Positions 37,147 through 49,649 of a DNA stretch of 64,000 bases are shown in pieces. How positions within the stretch are numbered: the stretch's first letter is position 1; each line of letters opens with the position of its first letter. Below the pieces are notes generated by a model. It did no database searches, was not told where the DNA came from, and saw only the letters and a program-made list of their open reading frames with translations. Source of the stretch: Felis catus (Eukaryota). Made by a program: the position numbers and the translations under genes. Location: positions 18,602,001 to 18,666,000 of the forward strand of contig NC_058369.1 of assembly GCF_018350175.1 (NCBI RefSeq), read 5' to 3'.

Positions 37147-39549
37147 GTGTCCACAGCAGGGAAGGAGGCCCTGCCATCCTGGCTGCACTGGGACCCACAG
37201 AGCCACACCCTGGAGGGCCTCCCTCTTGACACCGATAAGGGTGTACATTACATTTCAGTGAGCACTGCACGGCTGGGGGCCAATGGGAGCCATGTTCCCC
37301 AGACCTCCAGTGTGTTCTCTATTGAGGTATACCCTGAAGACCACTGTGAGCCGCAGTCTGTGCGGGCGGCATCACCAGACCCTGCTGAGGTGGTGTCATC
37401 TGCCTGTGCTGCCGATGAGCCTGTGACTGTTCTGACGGTCATTCTGGATGCTGACCTCACCAAGATGACCCCAAAGCAAAGGATTGACCTCCTGCACAGG
37501 ATGCAGAGCTTCTCAGAAGTGGAGCTTCACAACATGAAGTTGGTACCAGTGGTGAATAATAGACTGTTTGACATGTCAGCCTTCATGGCTGGCCCAGGAA
37601 ATGCGAAAAAGGTGGTAGAGAATGGGGCCCTCCTCTCTTGGAAGCTGGGCTGCTCCCTGAACCAGAACAATGTGCCTGATATTCGTGGTGTGGAGGCCCC
37701 TGCCAGAGAGGGCACTATGTCCGCCCAGCTTGGCTACCCTGTGGTGGGTTGGCATATAGCCAACAAGAAGCCCCCTCTTCCCAAACGCATCCGGAGGCAG
37801 ATCCATGCCACACCCACACCTGTCACTGCCATTGGGCCTCCAACCACGGCCATCCAGGAGCCACCATCCAGGATTGTGCCTACCCCCACATCTCCAGCCA
37901 TTGCTCCTCCAACAGAGACCATGGCTCCTCCAGTCAGAGATCCTGTTCCTGGAAAGCCCACAGTCACCATTCGGACTCGAGGTGCCATTATTCAGACCCC
38001 AACCTTAGGCCCCATCCAGCCCACTCGGGTGTCAGAAGCTGGCACCACAGTTCCTGGCCAGATCCGCCCAACGATGACCATTCCTGGCTATGTGGAGCCC
38101 ACAGCAGTTGCCACCCCTCCCACGACTACCACCAAGAAGCCACGAATATCCACACCAAAACCAGCCACGCCTTCTACTGACTCCTCAACCACCACAACTC
38201 GAAAGCCTACCAAAAAGCCACGGACGCCCCGCCCGGTGCCACGGGTCACCACCAAAGTTCCCATAACCAGATTGGAAACCGCCTCCCCGCCTACTCGCAT
38301 CCGCACCACCACAAGTGGGGTTCCCCGTGGAGCAGAACCCAACCAGCGGCCAGAGCTCAAGAACCATATCGACAGGGTCGATGCCTGGGTTGGCACCTAC
38401 TTTGAGGTGAAGATCCCATCAGACACCTTCTATGACAATGAGGACACCACCACTGATAAGCTGAAACTGACTCTGAAGCTTCGGGAGCAGCAGCTGGTAG
38501 GTGAGAAGTCTTGGGTACAGTTCAACAGCAACAGCCAGCTCATGTATGGCCTGCCTGACAGCAGCCACGTGGGCAAGCACGAGTACTTTATGCACGCCAC
38601 AGACAAAGGGGGCCTATCAGCTGTGGATGCTTTTGAGATCCATGTCCACAAGCGCCCTCAAGGAGACAGGGCTCCTGCACGGTTCAAGGCCAAGCTTATG
38701 GGTGACCCAGCACCAGTGGTGAATGACATCCACAAGAAGATCGCCCTGGTGAAGAAGCTAGCCTTTGCTTTTGGGGACCGCAACTGTAGCACCATCACTC
38801 TGCAGAATATCACCCGGGGCTCCATCGTGGTGGAGTGGACCAACAACACATTGCCCCTGGAGCCCTGCCCCAAGGAGCGGATCATGGGGCTGAGCCGGAG
38901 GATTGCTGAAGATGACGGGAAACCTCGGGCTGCCTTCTCCAACGCCTTGGAGCCTGACTTCAAGGCCACGAGCATTGCTGTGACAGGCTCAGGCAGCTGC
39001 CGGCATCTACAGTTTATCCCTGTGGCACCACCCAAGAGGGTGCCCTCAGAGGCACCGCCCACAGACGTGCCGGATAGGGACCCTGAGAAGAGCAGTGAGG
39101 ATGACGTTTACCTGCACACGGTCATTCCAGCCGTGGTGGTTGCAGCCATCCTGCTCATTGCCGGCATCATTGCCATGATCTGCTATCGAAAGAAGCGGAA
39201 GGGCAAGCTCACCCTCGAGGACCAGGCCACCTTCATCAAGAAGGGGGTGCCTATCATCTTTGCGGACGAGCTGGATGACTCCAAGCCGCCACCCTCCTCC
39301 AGCATGCCACTTATCCTGCAGGAGGAGAAAGCCCCTCTCCCCCCTCCTGAGTACCCCAACCAGAGCGTGCCCGAGACCACTCCTCTGAACCAGGACACCG
39401 TGGGAGAGTACACGCCCCTGCGGGATGAGGATCCCAATGCGCCTCCTTACCAGCCCCCCCCACCCTTCACGGCCCCCATGGAGGGCAAGGGCTCTCGTCC
39501 CAAGAACATGACCCCATACCGGTCGCCCCCTCCCTACGTGCCCCCTTAA
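37147..39549 (+). CDS. DAG1: Dystroglycan 1, last coding exon (800 aa: rest of alpha-DG, mucin domain, SEA-like domain, beta-DG)
   Basis: Acceptor ctcttttag|GTG, in frame with the previous exon. Contains the furin site RIRR/Q (37786-37797), the HATPTPV matriglycan acceptor motif, the T/P-rich mucin region, the ITRG/SIVV autoproteolysis site (38820/38821), a TM helix (39121-39186), RKKRKGK and the C-terminal PPPY (39526-39537). Stop is TAA. Confidence 0.99.
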   Translation: MSTAGKEALPSWLHWDPQSHTLEGLPLDTDKGVHYISVSTARLGANGSHVPQTSSVFSIEVYPEDHCEPQSVRAASPDPAEVVSSACAADEPVTVLTVILDADLTKMTPKQRIDLLHRMQSFSEVELHNMKLVPVVNNRLFDMSAFMAGPGNAKKVVENGALLSWKLGCSLNQNNVPDIRGVEAPAREGTMSAQLGYPVVGWHIANKKPPLPKRIRRQIHATPTPVTAIGPPTTAIQEPPSRIVPTPTSPAIAPPTETMAPPVRDPVPGKPTVTIRTRGAIIQTPTLGPIQPTRVSEAGTTVPGQIRPTMTIPGYVEPTAVATPPTTTTKKPRISTPKPATPSTDSSTTTTRKPTKKPRTPRPVPRVTTKVPITRLETASPPTRIRTTTSGVPRGAEPNQRPELKNHIDRVDAWVGTYFEVKIPSDTFYDNEDTTTDKLKLTLKLREQQLVGEKSWVQFNSNSQLMYGLPDSSHVGKHEYFMHATDKGGLSAVDAFEIHVHKRPQGDRAPARFKAKLMGDPAPVVNDIHKKIALVKKLAFAFGDRNCSTITLQNITRGSIVVEWTNNTLPLEPCPKERIMGLSRRIAEDDGKPRAAFSNALEPDFKATSIAVTGSGSCRHLQFIPVAPPKRVPSEAPPTDVPDRDPEKSSEDDVYLHTVIPAVVVAAILLIAGIIAMICYRKKRKGKLTLEDQATFIKKGVPIIFADELDDSKPPPSSSMPLILQEEKAPLPPPEYPNQSVPETTPLNQDTVGEYTPLRDEDPNAPPYQPPPPFTAPMEGKGSRPKNMTPYRSPPPYVPP

Positions 39550-41646
39550 CCCACAAGCGCCTGGGTGGAGGCAGGGGTAGGGCAGGGCCCTGGAGACAAC
39601 ACGGTGTTGTCTGTGGAGACCGGTGGCCTGCAGACCATCGCCCACTGGGAGCCGACACCTGACCTAGCACACACTGACACACGCGAGGCCTGGACAAGCC
39701 CGCCCTCTCTGGTCCTCCTAAACCCCAAAGCAGCTGGAGAGGCTTTGGGGACATTTTTACTTTTATTTTTTGCCTAACAGCTTTTTGTTTGTTCATAGAA
39801 AATTCTTCGCTGCGGTTTTGATGGCTGGCTCTGAAAGCACTGTTTGGAGTAGAGGTAGATGGAGCGGAGCCGTGAATGAACTCGCAGGCAGTGCCGGGCA
39901 GCTTCCTGGCTCTCTGCGTTTTGCCTTTAACACTAACTGTACTGTTTTTTCTATTCACGTGTGTCTAGCTGCAGGATGTAACATGGAAAACAGTAGCTAA
40001 AGATTAAATTCAAAGGACTTTCAGAAGTTAAGGTTAAGTTTTTACATTTAATCTGCTGTTTACCTAAACTTGTATGTATAATTTTTGGGTGGGTATGGGA
40101 AATTGCTTTGCTAAAAATAAGCTCCCAGGGTGTTTCAAACTTAGAGAAGACCAAGGGACAGTATTTTTTATCAAAGGAATCCTATTTTTTCACACTATGT
40201 AAACTTGGTTGCTCTGATACCCCGGAGCCTGACTGGGGGCCTCCTGGCCCTGGCTCTGGGGCCAGGGTCCTGGTGCTGGGCTTGCTCTCCCGCTGTTGCC
40301 AGGGGCTGGAAGCCGGAGGGGCCTCCTGGCCGTGGACATCCACACCCCTACCCCATGCACGCTGGTGGCCCCCCACCAAGGGGTCTTCATTTCCATGGAA
40401 AGAGGACTCCTAAGAGGCAGTGGTGGCCGTGGCCCCCAACCTAGGTGCTCCAGGGTGGGCCAGCTGCTCGTGGCGGGGTGGCTGGGGAGGTCGAGGGACT
40501 CGACCACATCAACCTATTTTCTTTTACCCTTCTTCTGTGTGTTTTTTTCCCCTTCCTAAAAGGAATATCATGGCTTCTGAAACACTCAGTGGGGGACATT
40601 TTGGTGAAGATGCAATATTTTTATGTCATGTGATGCTCTTTCCTCACTTGACCTTGGCCGCTTTGTCCCAACAGTCCACAGCCCCACCCTGTCCCACCCC
40701 ACCCCTCTTCTCTGGCACTCCAGTTCCGGGCCTTGGGCTGGGAGAGGTCTGGTGGCTGGGGAGGAGTGCCAGCAATAGTTCATAGTAAAAATCTGTGGGC
40801 TCTCAAAGCTAATTTTTTACTAAAGTTTTTATACAGCCTCAAATTGTTTTATTAAAAAAAAAAGATTAAAAACGGTGATGCTTACAGCAGTTTGTACAAG
40901 CTCTTAGTGTTGATTCCATGGAACTGATGGCTTTGCTCATTTTGATTTTTTTCCCCTTCTTTTCGTAACAGTTTAAATTCTGGAATTACACTGGGCTTCT
41001 TTTGCCTTTTTTAGCAGAACGTCCGTCCGTCCATCTGCATCTCTGTCCCATGACTCAGGGGTGCCCACTCTGCTTTGATTCTCCTCCTTTGGAAGAAACC
41101 ATTTTGAGCATGACTTTTCTTGATGTCTAAGGGTTATTTTGGGTACCTTTTAGGGAGGAATGCCTTTTGCAATAATGTTTCCCTTCCGTGATCGAAGGCT
41201 GGTGGGTGGACCCAGGCTCCCTTTGCAAACCGAGCAGCCACTTCTAAGCCATATCGACAGTTTTGCAGAGGATTTGTGTGTGCTGCCTCAGGAGGGGAGG
41301 GCCGGTCAGAGAGGAGGGGTCTCCAGCCTGCCCTTCTCAGAAGGGCATTCCCTTTGCACCTTTTCCCACAGGGCCCAGCCTCTCTCCCCTGCTCAGCCCC
41401 TGGTGGGGTACTCAAGTGAGCAGTGCCCCAGTTGGGGGAGCCTGTTGATGAGGGCTCAGTGGACCTCTGGTGACTGGGTCTCGTGCCTCTGAGCCCTGAT
41501 CCAAGCCAGAGTTTCTTCCCCACTGCCCAGAGTCAGGAGCACAAGCAGGGTCTGACCTGGTGAGATTATTTTTGATGACCTCGTCAAAAAATAAACAATT
41601 CCCAGTGTTCCAGGTGAGGGCTTTGAAAGGCCTTCCAAACAGCTCC

Positions 41647-41725
41647 GTTGCTCCTAGCAACCCCACCATCGGGCACTGCCACGCAGAGATGTGGCTGGCC
41701 CAGAATGGCCTGTTGCCATAGCAAC
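41647..41725. promoter_or_regulatory. Two RFX X-box palindromes in the DAG1 3'UTR
   Basis: GTTGCT-CCT-AGCAAC (41647-41661) and GTTGCCATAGCAAC (41712-41725). Confidence 0.55.
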
Positions 41726-41942
41726 TGGAGGCGATGGGGCAGTGAACAGAATAACAACAGCAACAATGCCCTTGCAGGCAGCCTCCTCCCCTGAGCGCCG
41801 GGCTGGCGACGGCCGTTGGACTCTGTGAGACAGAGAGCCAATCTCGCATTCAAGTGTTCACCAACCACTGACATGTTTTTATTTCCTTCTATATGATTTT
41901 AAGATGTGTTTTCTGCATTCTGTATAGAAACATATCAAACTA

Positions 41943-41948
41943 AATAAA
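41943..41948 (+). terminator. DAG1: DAG1 polyadenylation signal AATAAA
   Basis: ctaAATAAAagcagtgtctttattaca, preceded by U-rich/UGUA elements; likely cleavage ~41965. Confidence 0.8.
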
Positions 41949-44396
41949 AGCAGTGTCTTTATTACAATGCCATTGCCTCCAAGCATCTATTTCCCTGGCC
42001 CCTACATTGTTCTAGGATGTGAATGGGGTGTGGGACTGATGTCCATTTGACAGAGGGAAGAGAGGACCCATCCACGCCCATTCAGAGGACTTGGAGGTGG
42101 TCTTCAAGCAGCTAACCTGATAGCCTCCATAACCTTACCATTTTTGTGCCCCTGGGAGGGATGAGAGTGTGCCCCAGAGCTCTGCTAACACATGAGCCCT
42201 CCTTAGCCCCTCTAATGCCTGAGTGAGCAGAGCTTCAGCTTCCTCATCTGGCAGGATGGTGGGAAAGGTCCTGCCTGTCATAGGCTGTTTGCCCCTGAGT
42301 GAGTAAGCCCCCTGCAATGCCACGCCAGCTCTTGCCCCAACTGTCTTGTGGGCTTGGGGCTGGCCAGTCTCCTAGGTAGTTTCAAGGTAGGTTTGGCCTT
42401 CGCTTTTTAGTGGGAAGAAGGGGAGAATGGTTTCTGGCCACACTGTTATGCCCTGGTGGGGCCCAGAGATACTGGGGGCCTGCCCCTATGTGTCCTGCCC
42501 GGGATGGACAGACCAGCTGGGTAGGCTTAGCATGACTCAGTGCCCAGGAAAAGGCTGGGTTGTCCTGGGACACTGCCCAGGGTGTGGGAAGCAGGGGACA
42601 TAGCAGCTGTGTCCAGTAGCAGGATCAGGGGCCATTGGTCACAGAACAGCTGGTACCTCTTCTGGGCTTGCTCGTCCGTCCCCCCCCCCCCCCCCCCCCC
42701 CGCCGGGGTCTTCACTATCTCCACCTATAGCCCCCAGGCTGTTTCTCTGCTCATAATCTTCAAGACTTGGAGCTGAGACCAGTCTCACTGTAGGTGGAGC
42801 TGAGTTCCAACAACTACTTGTGGAATACCACAATGGTAAGTGCGAGAAAAGGCTGTCCCTGGTTCAGGGACACATGCTTCACCCCCTAGTCCTAGCAGCA
42901 GGGGCCCAGGAAATAACCCTGCCCTTGCTCTCTTGGCCTCAGGAAGTTCTGTTTAATGTTTAACCTGAAGCCACTGGGTTATGAGTGGACTCACTGCTTT
43001 GAATTCAACCAAAGGGATCCCTGGTTTCAACAGAGAATGGTAAGGTCAGCAGGGTCAGGAAGAAGAGCAGCCACAAGGGCCTCTGGCCTCTTCTTCGGGA
43101 ATATCTGATATTTGGACTGGAAGACCCCTGCTCCCCAGCACTCCCGCAAAGTCTCTCTAACTCCTTGGTAGGAGTGGGACTGTACTCAGGTCTTCTGAAC
43201 TGGAGAGAGGGTGGTGGAAGAAAGGGGCAGGAAGGAGGGGACACAGTTGGGGAGGGGACAGACCCACAGGAATCTGCCTTCCCACCTGCCTCTGACCAAG
43301 GGCAAGTTCCTGGGATCCCTCTGGCCTGGCTTCCTTATCTGTAAGGTGGGGGACAGCGCTGATCTCCAAAGGGTTCTGAGACACCTGGGAATTAGGATAA
43401 AGAGCCACTCCAAACACGTCTGCCTATAGAAGGGACAGAATCTAAGTGAGGCTAGAAAGATCTGCATTCTCTCCCAATGTAAAGGCCTGGCCCAAGGCTG
43501 TTGGCAGGAAATATTGGGATGTCTAGGAGTTCCTGGGCAGCCCAGAATACCCATTAGTATGGTGGGAAGACTCCACATGACTCATCCTATTGCAGCCCCC
43601 AGCCTGGCCCCCACTTGTTCCCAGGCTAAACAAGCTCCTGGGAGAGGCCCTTCCCAGCTCCTCTAAAGCATGGAAGGCCCCCCTCTAGTGCCAGTCTTTT
43701 GAGGGTGAGGATCACGCCTCTCTATAGATCACTATATCTTAATAATAATAGTGGACTAATGACTTAACTCTTTTCCTGCTTTGCTTACCTTCTTGATCAC
43801 CATCATGAGGTAAGGTGATTAAGGCCCAAAGAGGACAAGCATCCAGGTCCTGTGGCTAGTGCAAGGCAGGTTCAACACTGGTTCAAACACTTAATTTTTT
43901 TTCTGATTGTAAAATTTTGTTAATGTTGTAGGGCAGCAAATAATTATTTGAAGTCCCCTCCCACCCCACTGGAAGGTGCTGGATACCATTTCCCTTATGG
44001 GAACCCTATAGAAAACCCAGAGAAGATAGGGCAAGGCGTTTGAAGCCGGGGTTCCCATCTGCTGGGATTGCGGTGGGCCCGCCTATGAGCAGCCTGGGGT
44101 GAGGGCAGCATGAGACTTGGCCACTGGGGCTTTCACTAGTTCTACTGCCCCCAGCTTTGGTGAAGATGACTCTGAAGTCTCAGCTGGGATGGAGCGAAGT
44201 TGGTCCGTTTGGAAGGTTCCGTGTGACCAGGACGATGCCCCTAGGTGCCCCTAAGTTGGTTCGGGGCCGTGATGAGGGCTGCCCTCAACCTTCGTTGTGG
44301 CTTCCAGGCTCCCTCACCCTCATGTGAGCCCACCAGAGTCGCAGGAGTCGTCGCCAGTCGCTCTGGGCCCAGGAGGCGGACGGTGCCCAAGGGCTC

Positions 44397-44410
44397 CCAC
44401 CAGGTGGCGC
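44397..44410 (+). promoter_or_regulatory. CTCF core motif within a small CpG-rich intergenic element (~44200-44880)
   Basis: CCACCAGGTGGCGC is an exact match to the CCASYAGRKGGCRS consensus, and local CpGs are retained. Confidence 0.7.
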
Positions 44411-47400
44411 CAGAGGCCGGGGTAAGCCTGGCCGGCCGTAGGAGGGACTCAGGCCTCCCGGGGGGCACCCGGCAGAACCCCGCCTCGAACCGAGCTGAGG
44501 CGGCCCCAGAGTGGACTAAAGCCTACTGGAGGGCACGGCAGAGCGGGGCTATGGGCAGGGCCCAGGCCAGAAAGGAAGCGGCCGGACCGGGGGTACAACC
44601 GGTCTTTTTTCACTCAGCCACCACTGCACAGCCCCTGAAGACACTGGGACGAGTATAGCCGGGGTCCCGAGCCTGTCCTTTGCCGGTGCCGCTCTCCTTC
44701 GGAAAGGGAATCTGGCAGGGAATAGGAGGTGCGAATCTGGGGCCCAGGCTTCGGGATGGCCCTTGAATTCAGATGTACGTAGACAGGAACCAAAAGGTAC
44801 ACTTTTTTTTTGCGCACTCCCTTGCCTTAGGTTTTGTGTGTGGCGCCTGCACACAGTAGGACTCAGCGCTCAATGGGTGCTTCCCAAGTCACCCCTTCCT
44901 CCAGCCTCAGAGCTACTGAACGCATAACCTAAAGTACTATGGGGTCTGAGAGGGTCCTGAATGGAAGTAGGGCATCTTCAGTTGCGTGTTTGGGGGTCCC
45001 CCACTTGCCACTTGACATAAGAAGCAGACAGGGATGGAGCAGGAGATGATTGACTTTCTCTGGGTTGACCCTGGAGTAGGAGCACCCTGAAGCCCCAGGG
45101 AATACCTTAGGCAAAGTGCTTCCACAGCCCTGGGCACACACTAAGACAGCTGGGAACATCCAGTTGGCAGCTGGCCAAGGTTCCTAGGGTTGGAGTCTTC
45201 TTTCCTCCTGGTGTCACAACCTCAGTCTGTAGAGGGCGGAGCCCAAGTTTGGGACTTTTGGAGATGGCTGGGAGCTAGGTCAGGCCAGCCCCTTTTCCAG
45301 GGATCACGTCTCACTTCACTGCCTACTTCCCTCAGCACTTCTGTCGCAAAAGGTGAAGAAAGGCCCTGGGTAGTGAGGCAGGGGTGGGGATGTCCTGTTG
45401 GGAGGTGGCAGCAGCCTGGCTCTGGATGTGCTTGGGGAGGATCAGCTTTGTCCTGGACGAACTCACCCTCAGGGAACATGGGCCTGGTTGGGTTGGGCAA
45501 GGAGCTGGGCTTGGGGGATACTGAGGGGGATGGAGTCCTCCTCTTGTTTGAAGAGCACATGGTATACAAGCGTTTGGTTAGGAGTTGGGCAGCTCTGCCT
45601 TCTCGTGTCCCATACAGCGATTAGTGTGCAAATGAGAGGCTGAGGAGGCATCCATTGTGACCTGACTCAGCAACCATCGTGCCCCTTAAGCCCTGCCCTG
45701 GCTCAAGGCAGCCTATCAGCTTACTTCTGGACATCCAGCCTCCTCAGTGAAGCCTTGGGCCAGCCAGGCCTAGGAGAGGGACATAGCCACCCTGTGAGCC
45801 CCAAGAAGATCCCTGGAGCAGATCAAGTCATAGGGGTGGGCTTGGTTGGAATAAGCAAAGATGGGAGGGTGGGGAAGGCTCAGCTGAACACATGACCTTT
45901 CTGCTCTTTTGGTGGCAAACACCAATGTCTTCTGTCTAGGCTTACTAGGAATTCCTCAGTCTACACTGTCAGCTGTCAGAAAGACCACCTTCACAGAAAG
46001 CAATGGCCATGCCAGGCCTCCCAGCTGGAAGAGTTATTAATACATAACTAGCAGAGGTAACCCAGATGTTGTTGCCCAACTGATACTTGCTGCTTCCCAA
46101 AACTGGGGGAGTCAGGGAGGACTCTCCTCAGGCAACCCTGATGCCCGAGTGTGATTCACTCCTCACAGTTCTTTGGCCACGCCCACTGCTATAAGGATGG
46201 ACAGTGGTCCTGAACTGAGGGTCAGCAGTGATGACCTCCAGGTTCAGGGCCTGGTTTGAGGAGCAGCCAGATAAAGATCAGATTTGGAGACTGCAAGCTC
46301 AGTGAGGGTAGAGGAGGCTCAACATTCCTGCTTTCTGCTGTATCCTGAAGCTAGAATAATGCCATCCTTGTCCTAGGGCTCAAAAGTACCAAGTTTAAGT
46401 GGAATTTAAACTTAATGGAATTGAAATCACCCACTCTAGCAGAGGCCTAAGAGACTATGGATCTTTTAACTTGTCACCAAGCTTTTTCTTCACCATCAGA
46501 GACCCCGCCCCATTCTGTCCATCTTTCCTGGAAGGCAGGAACTCTTTTGGTGGTTCCTGGAAGCTTCCTGGGTACTCCTTAAAGATGACAGGGCAGAAAA
46601 GCCCTATCACAATCTACTCTGATCGGGACAACGACGAAGCTCAGTGGAGAGAGTGGCTGGGTCCTGAAGACTGAAGTCTCTGGTGGTAAAGAGTGATTCT
46701 CAGTAATATGTTTGGGTTTGTCATAGTAGAGACACACAGGGGTCAGGAGGTAGGGTACTGTCTAAGAGACTTCCCCGAAGGCATGTGGAACAGAGTCTGA
46801 TGGAGGGGCTGAGCAAGCTGCCCATTCCCCTGCACTGTCAGTCATGTCTGGGGTGAAGTCTGAACCTCTGTTGCCTGTGGGAGGACATGTGAGCTGGTTA
46901 GGAGAGGACATATAAGCATGACTCTCCACTTGGGCCTGTTCCCCACCCCTGCACCCACCTTCCTATCCACGGAACAGAGGTAGGTGAAGGGAACTACATG
47001 GGAACTGGGATCCTGGTGGGAAGGATTGCAGTAGGGATCAAGGCAGCATTTTGTATCCTTTATGGGAAATTATTTGTGTGCCTGTCTCTCTCCTATCAAC
47101 TGACCTCCTTGAGGCCAGGTCTCAGTCTTCTCTGGACCTGGCACCAAGGAGTTGTTTATGCCCTGGCTGAGGGATGAGTGCATGCACGCATTAATGAGAT
47201 AGGCAAAGCCAGCCTGGAGGCCTGTCTGGGGGAGTGCCGAGGGGCAAGGAAAGCAGCATGTTTTGACTTGGACGCTTATAACTTGGAGAAACTGTGTCTT
47301 CGTTATTTTTTCTTGTCATAACAAGCCTTTGGAAGCACATAACTCTAATAGCAATGGGGCTTAATTAGCTTTCTTGGGAGCAATGCATGGGCGGTGGGGT

Positions 47401-47854
47401 TAGGCTGGTGGTAAACATTTCTGATGATTTTTTACTGGCTTTTTGCACATAACGCAAATAAAGATTTGCACATTATGATAGGAAAGGAATTATGCAGACA
47501 ATACTCCAAGCAAATTCTATACCTTCCAGCTTTGTTCCCTTTTCCTACTCTACCACAGCCAGCTGGAGACCTTAGTATACAAACAAGTTTGTCCAGGCCA
47601 GCCTAGGTGGGCTGCTGAGCAGGGCGAAGAGCAGGTCTCTTGTTTGTGGCTTTATACCAGCCTGAGGCTTGCTTGGGAGCTGCCTTATTCCTCATGTAGT
47701 GAGTAGTGCTGACAAGCCTCAGCCAGTGGAGAAACGCTCTGTTTCCTTGGGCTTCTTTCCTTCCTCTTCAGTGCTGTTTCTCCATCCCAGAGGAAGACTG
47801 GGGACAGGGAGCCACATTCCTGAGTTGCCTCTCTTTGGGAGGGGAGACAGGCCT

Positions 47855-47883
47855 CAGCAGCAGCAGCAGCAGCAGCAGCAGCA
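47855..47883 (+). repeat. (CAG)9 trinucleotide microsatellite
   Basis: Read directly from the sequence. Confidence 0.95.
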
Positions 47884-49649
47884 CAACAAAAAGAAGAGTG
47901 CAGAGCCAAGGGGGCTCTGTAGATAGGAGCCAGCTCTCCCAGCCTCTCTGGAATAATCTGAAACCTGCGATAGTTTGCCTTCTTCTTCATCCTCGGCAGC
48001 ATCTTCATCTTTGGATCCTGAGCCTCCCTGTGGAGGTTGCCACACTAAAAGTAGCCACCTGGGGTGAAGTGGACCGTGTATGGGAAAGCAGAGAAGCCCC
48101 AGAGTCTGCACTCTGCCCCTCTTTACCTTCCTGGGGCTCATCTGCATGTTGCCTTGCCTGTGGCCCAGCTGGCATCCAGGTGCCTCTCTTCATTCTCCCA
48201 AGATTTGCCTTCCCATGACTAAGCATCTCCGCAAATTCCAGTAGTGAGCTGGCTCTGACTGGGCCTTTCCCTACCTGGATGGATTTTTCGGATTCCCTTT
48301 TCCCTCTAGTCTTTCACAAGCATTTGAGAGCACAGGCTGAAGAAGAAAGTAGACGTGTATCCATCCATCAGTTCTGTGGTGGCATGAGAAATGACTGTTT
48401 TCCCATCTGTCCTTTCTCCAAAATTACTGCCATGTGTCACATGTCACAGTGAAGTGGGAAGAAGATACCTTTGGCAAGTGAAGTTTAGGGGGCTGGGAAA
48501 TTTCTGCAGGGCCTCTAGGTGCATCCTGTTCCAGGCTGGGAAGCAACTGGATCCAGGAAGGAATGGTACCAGACACACCACACAGCTGGTTTGCACAAAC
48601 TGAGAGATTTGTTTGTTCACTAGTCATAAAGTTAAGCCTAGGGAATTTTCCTAGGTGAGTGTAGACAGCTCATCTATGACCCCTCCACCAGGAGAAAGTC
48701 TGGACCCAGTCTTAGCACCCTCCCTGTTACTTATTACATCAATAACCTAAATGTGGTGATACAAGTGCTACAGCCAAAGATCCCTCTGGGGTGCTTTTAA
48801 GCCTGGTGGCTGGTGAACCCCTTAGAAGTTCAGGTGAGGGAAATGCTCAGAGTTATATGGAGAACCCAGCCCAAACATTAGCCCCTGAGGCCCCACTGAA
48901 GCCCAGCGCAGGGGATAGGACAAGTCAGACAAAGTCCTTCTGTTGAGGAGCCCCTGCTCTAGGTCAAGGGGAAGAAAACAGCCCCTGAACAGTGAATTAA
49001 AATGGGAGACTGAATCAGAGGTCCAGACAACCAGAGGCCAGCACCATCCCACAGCCAGCAGGAGTCCCTGGGCTGAATGCCAGGGCTGGATGTGGACAGA
49101 ACAGGCATGTTTCTGGGTATGCTTTTCAGAGGAAGTGGAACTGAGAGTTTGAATGCAAGGTAGGGGCACCGCTAACCCACACTTCCAGGTCCTCCTGGGT
49201 CCACTGTACCGTGTCCTTTGTCACTAAGGTAGCAGAGACCCTAGAGGTCTGCTAACAGCTAGGAATCCACTCTGAGGAGAGCAACTCCCTAGGCCTGCTG
49301 GCTGAGTAGGGCTAATTACCCCCACTGGAACCAGGGGCATGTTGATTTAAATCTGGAAAGCCATAGCTCCTTTGGCTTCTACAAAAATAGAAAACAAACA
49401 TCCTTCTTTCCCCCACTTCCAAGTAGCCCAAACCACACTGATTGGTGTCCGTGAAGCCAGAAGAGCCTGGGTTGAGCCAAGGTGAGGTCACTGGCCTGCC
49501 CATAGTGCTTGTGTTCGTGTTCTTCCCCAGGAGAGAAGGTATGGCATAAAACCCCCAAATCCCGGACCACCCACCACCGAGACAACTAATAATAAAATTG
49601 GTTATGTGTATGCCAATCACTTGACTTTGTGTTTTAACTACATCAGCCA

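Larger units (their letters stand above)
39550..41967 (+). other. DAG1: DAG1 3'UTR (~2.4 kb)
   Basis: Follows the TAA, is free of SINEs, has U-rich blocks, and ends shortly after AATAAA at 41943. Confidence 0.85.

Noticed and set aside
37147..37149. Apparent start codon of an independent 800-aa protein
   Set aside because: It is GTG (Val) immediately after the splice acceptor; the true start is at 21531.
37248..39958. Overlapping antisense and alternative-frame ORFs across DAG1 (up to 199 aa)
   Set aside because: Expected shadows of a GC-rich coding exon; no recognisable protein and no independent signals.
41051..45669. Several AP-1 TGACTCA heptamers
   Set aside because: A 7-mer is expected several times by chance in 64 kb; no additional support.
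47854..48147. 97-aa minus-strand ORF ending in poly-Cys
   Set aside because: The Cys run is the (CTG)n microsatellite; no family resemblance.
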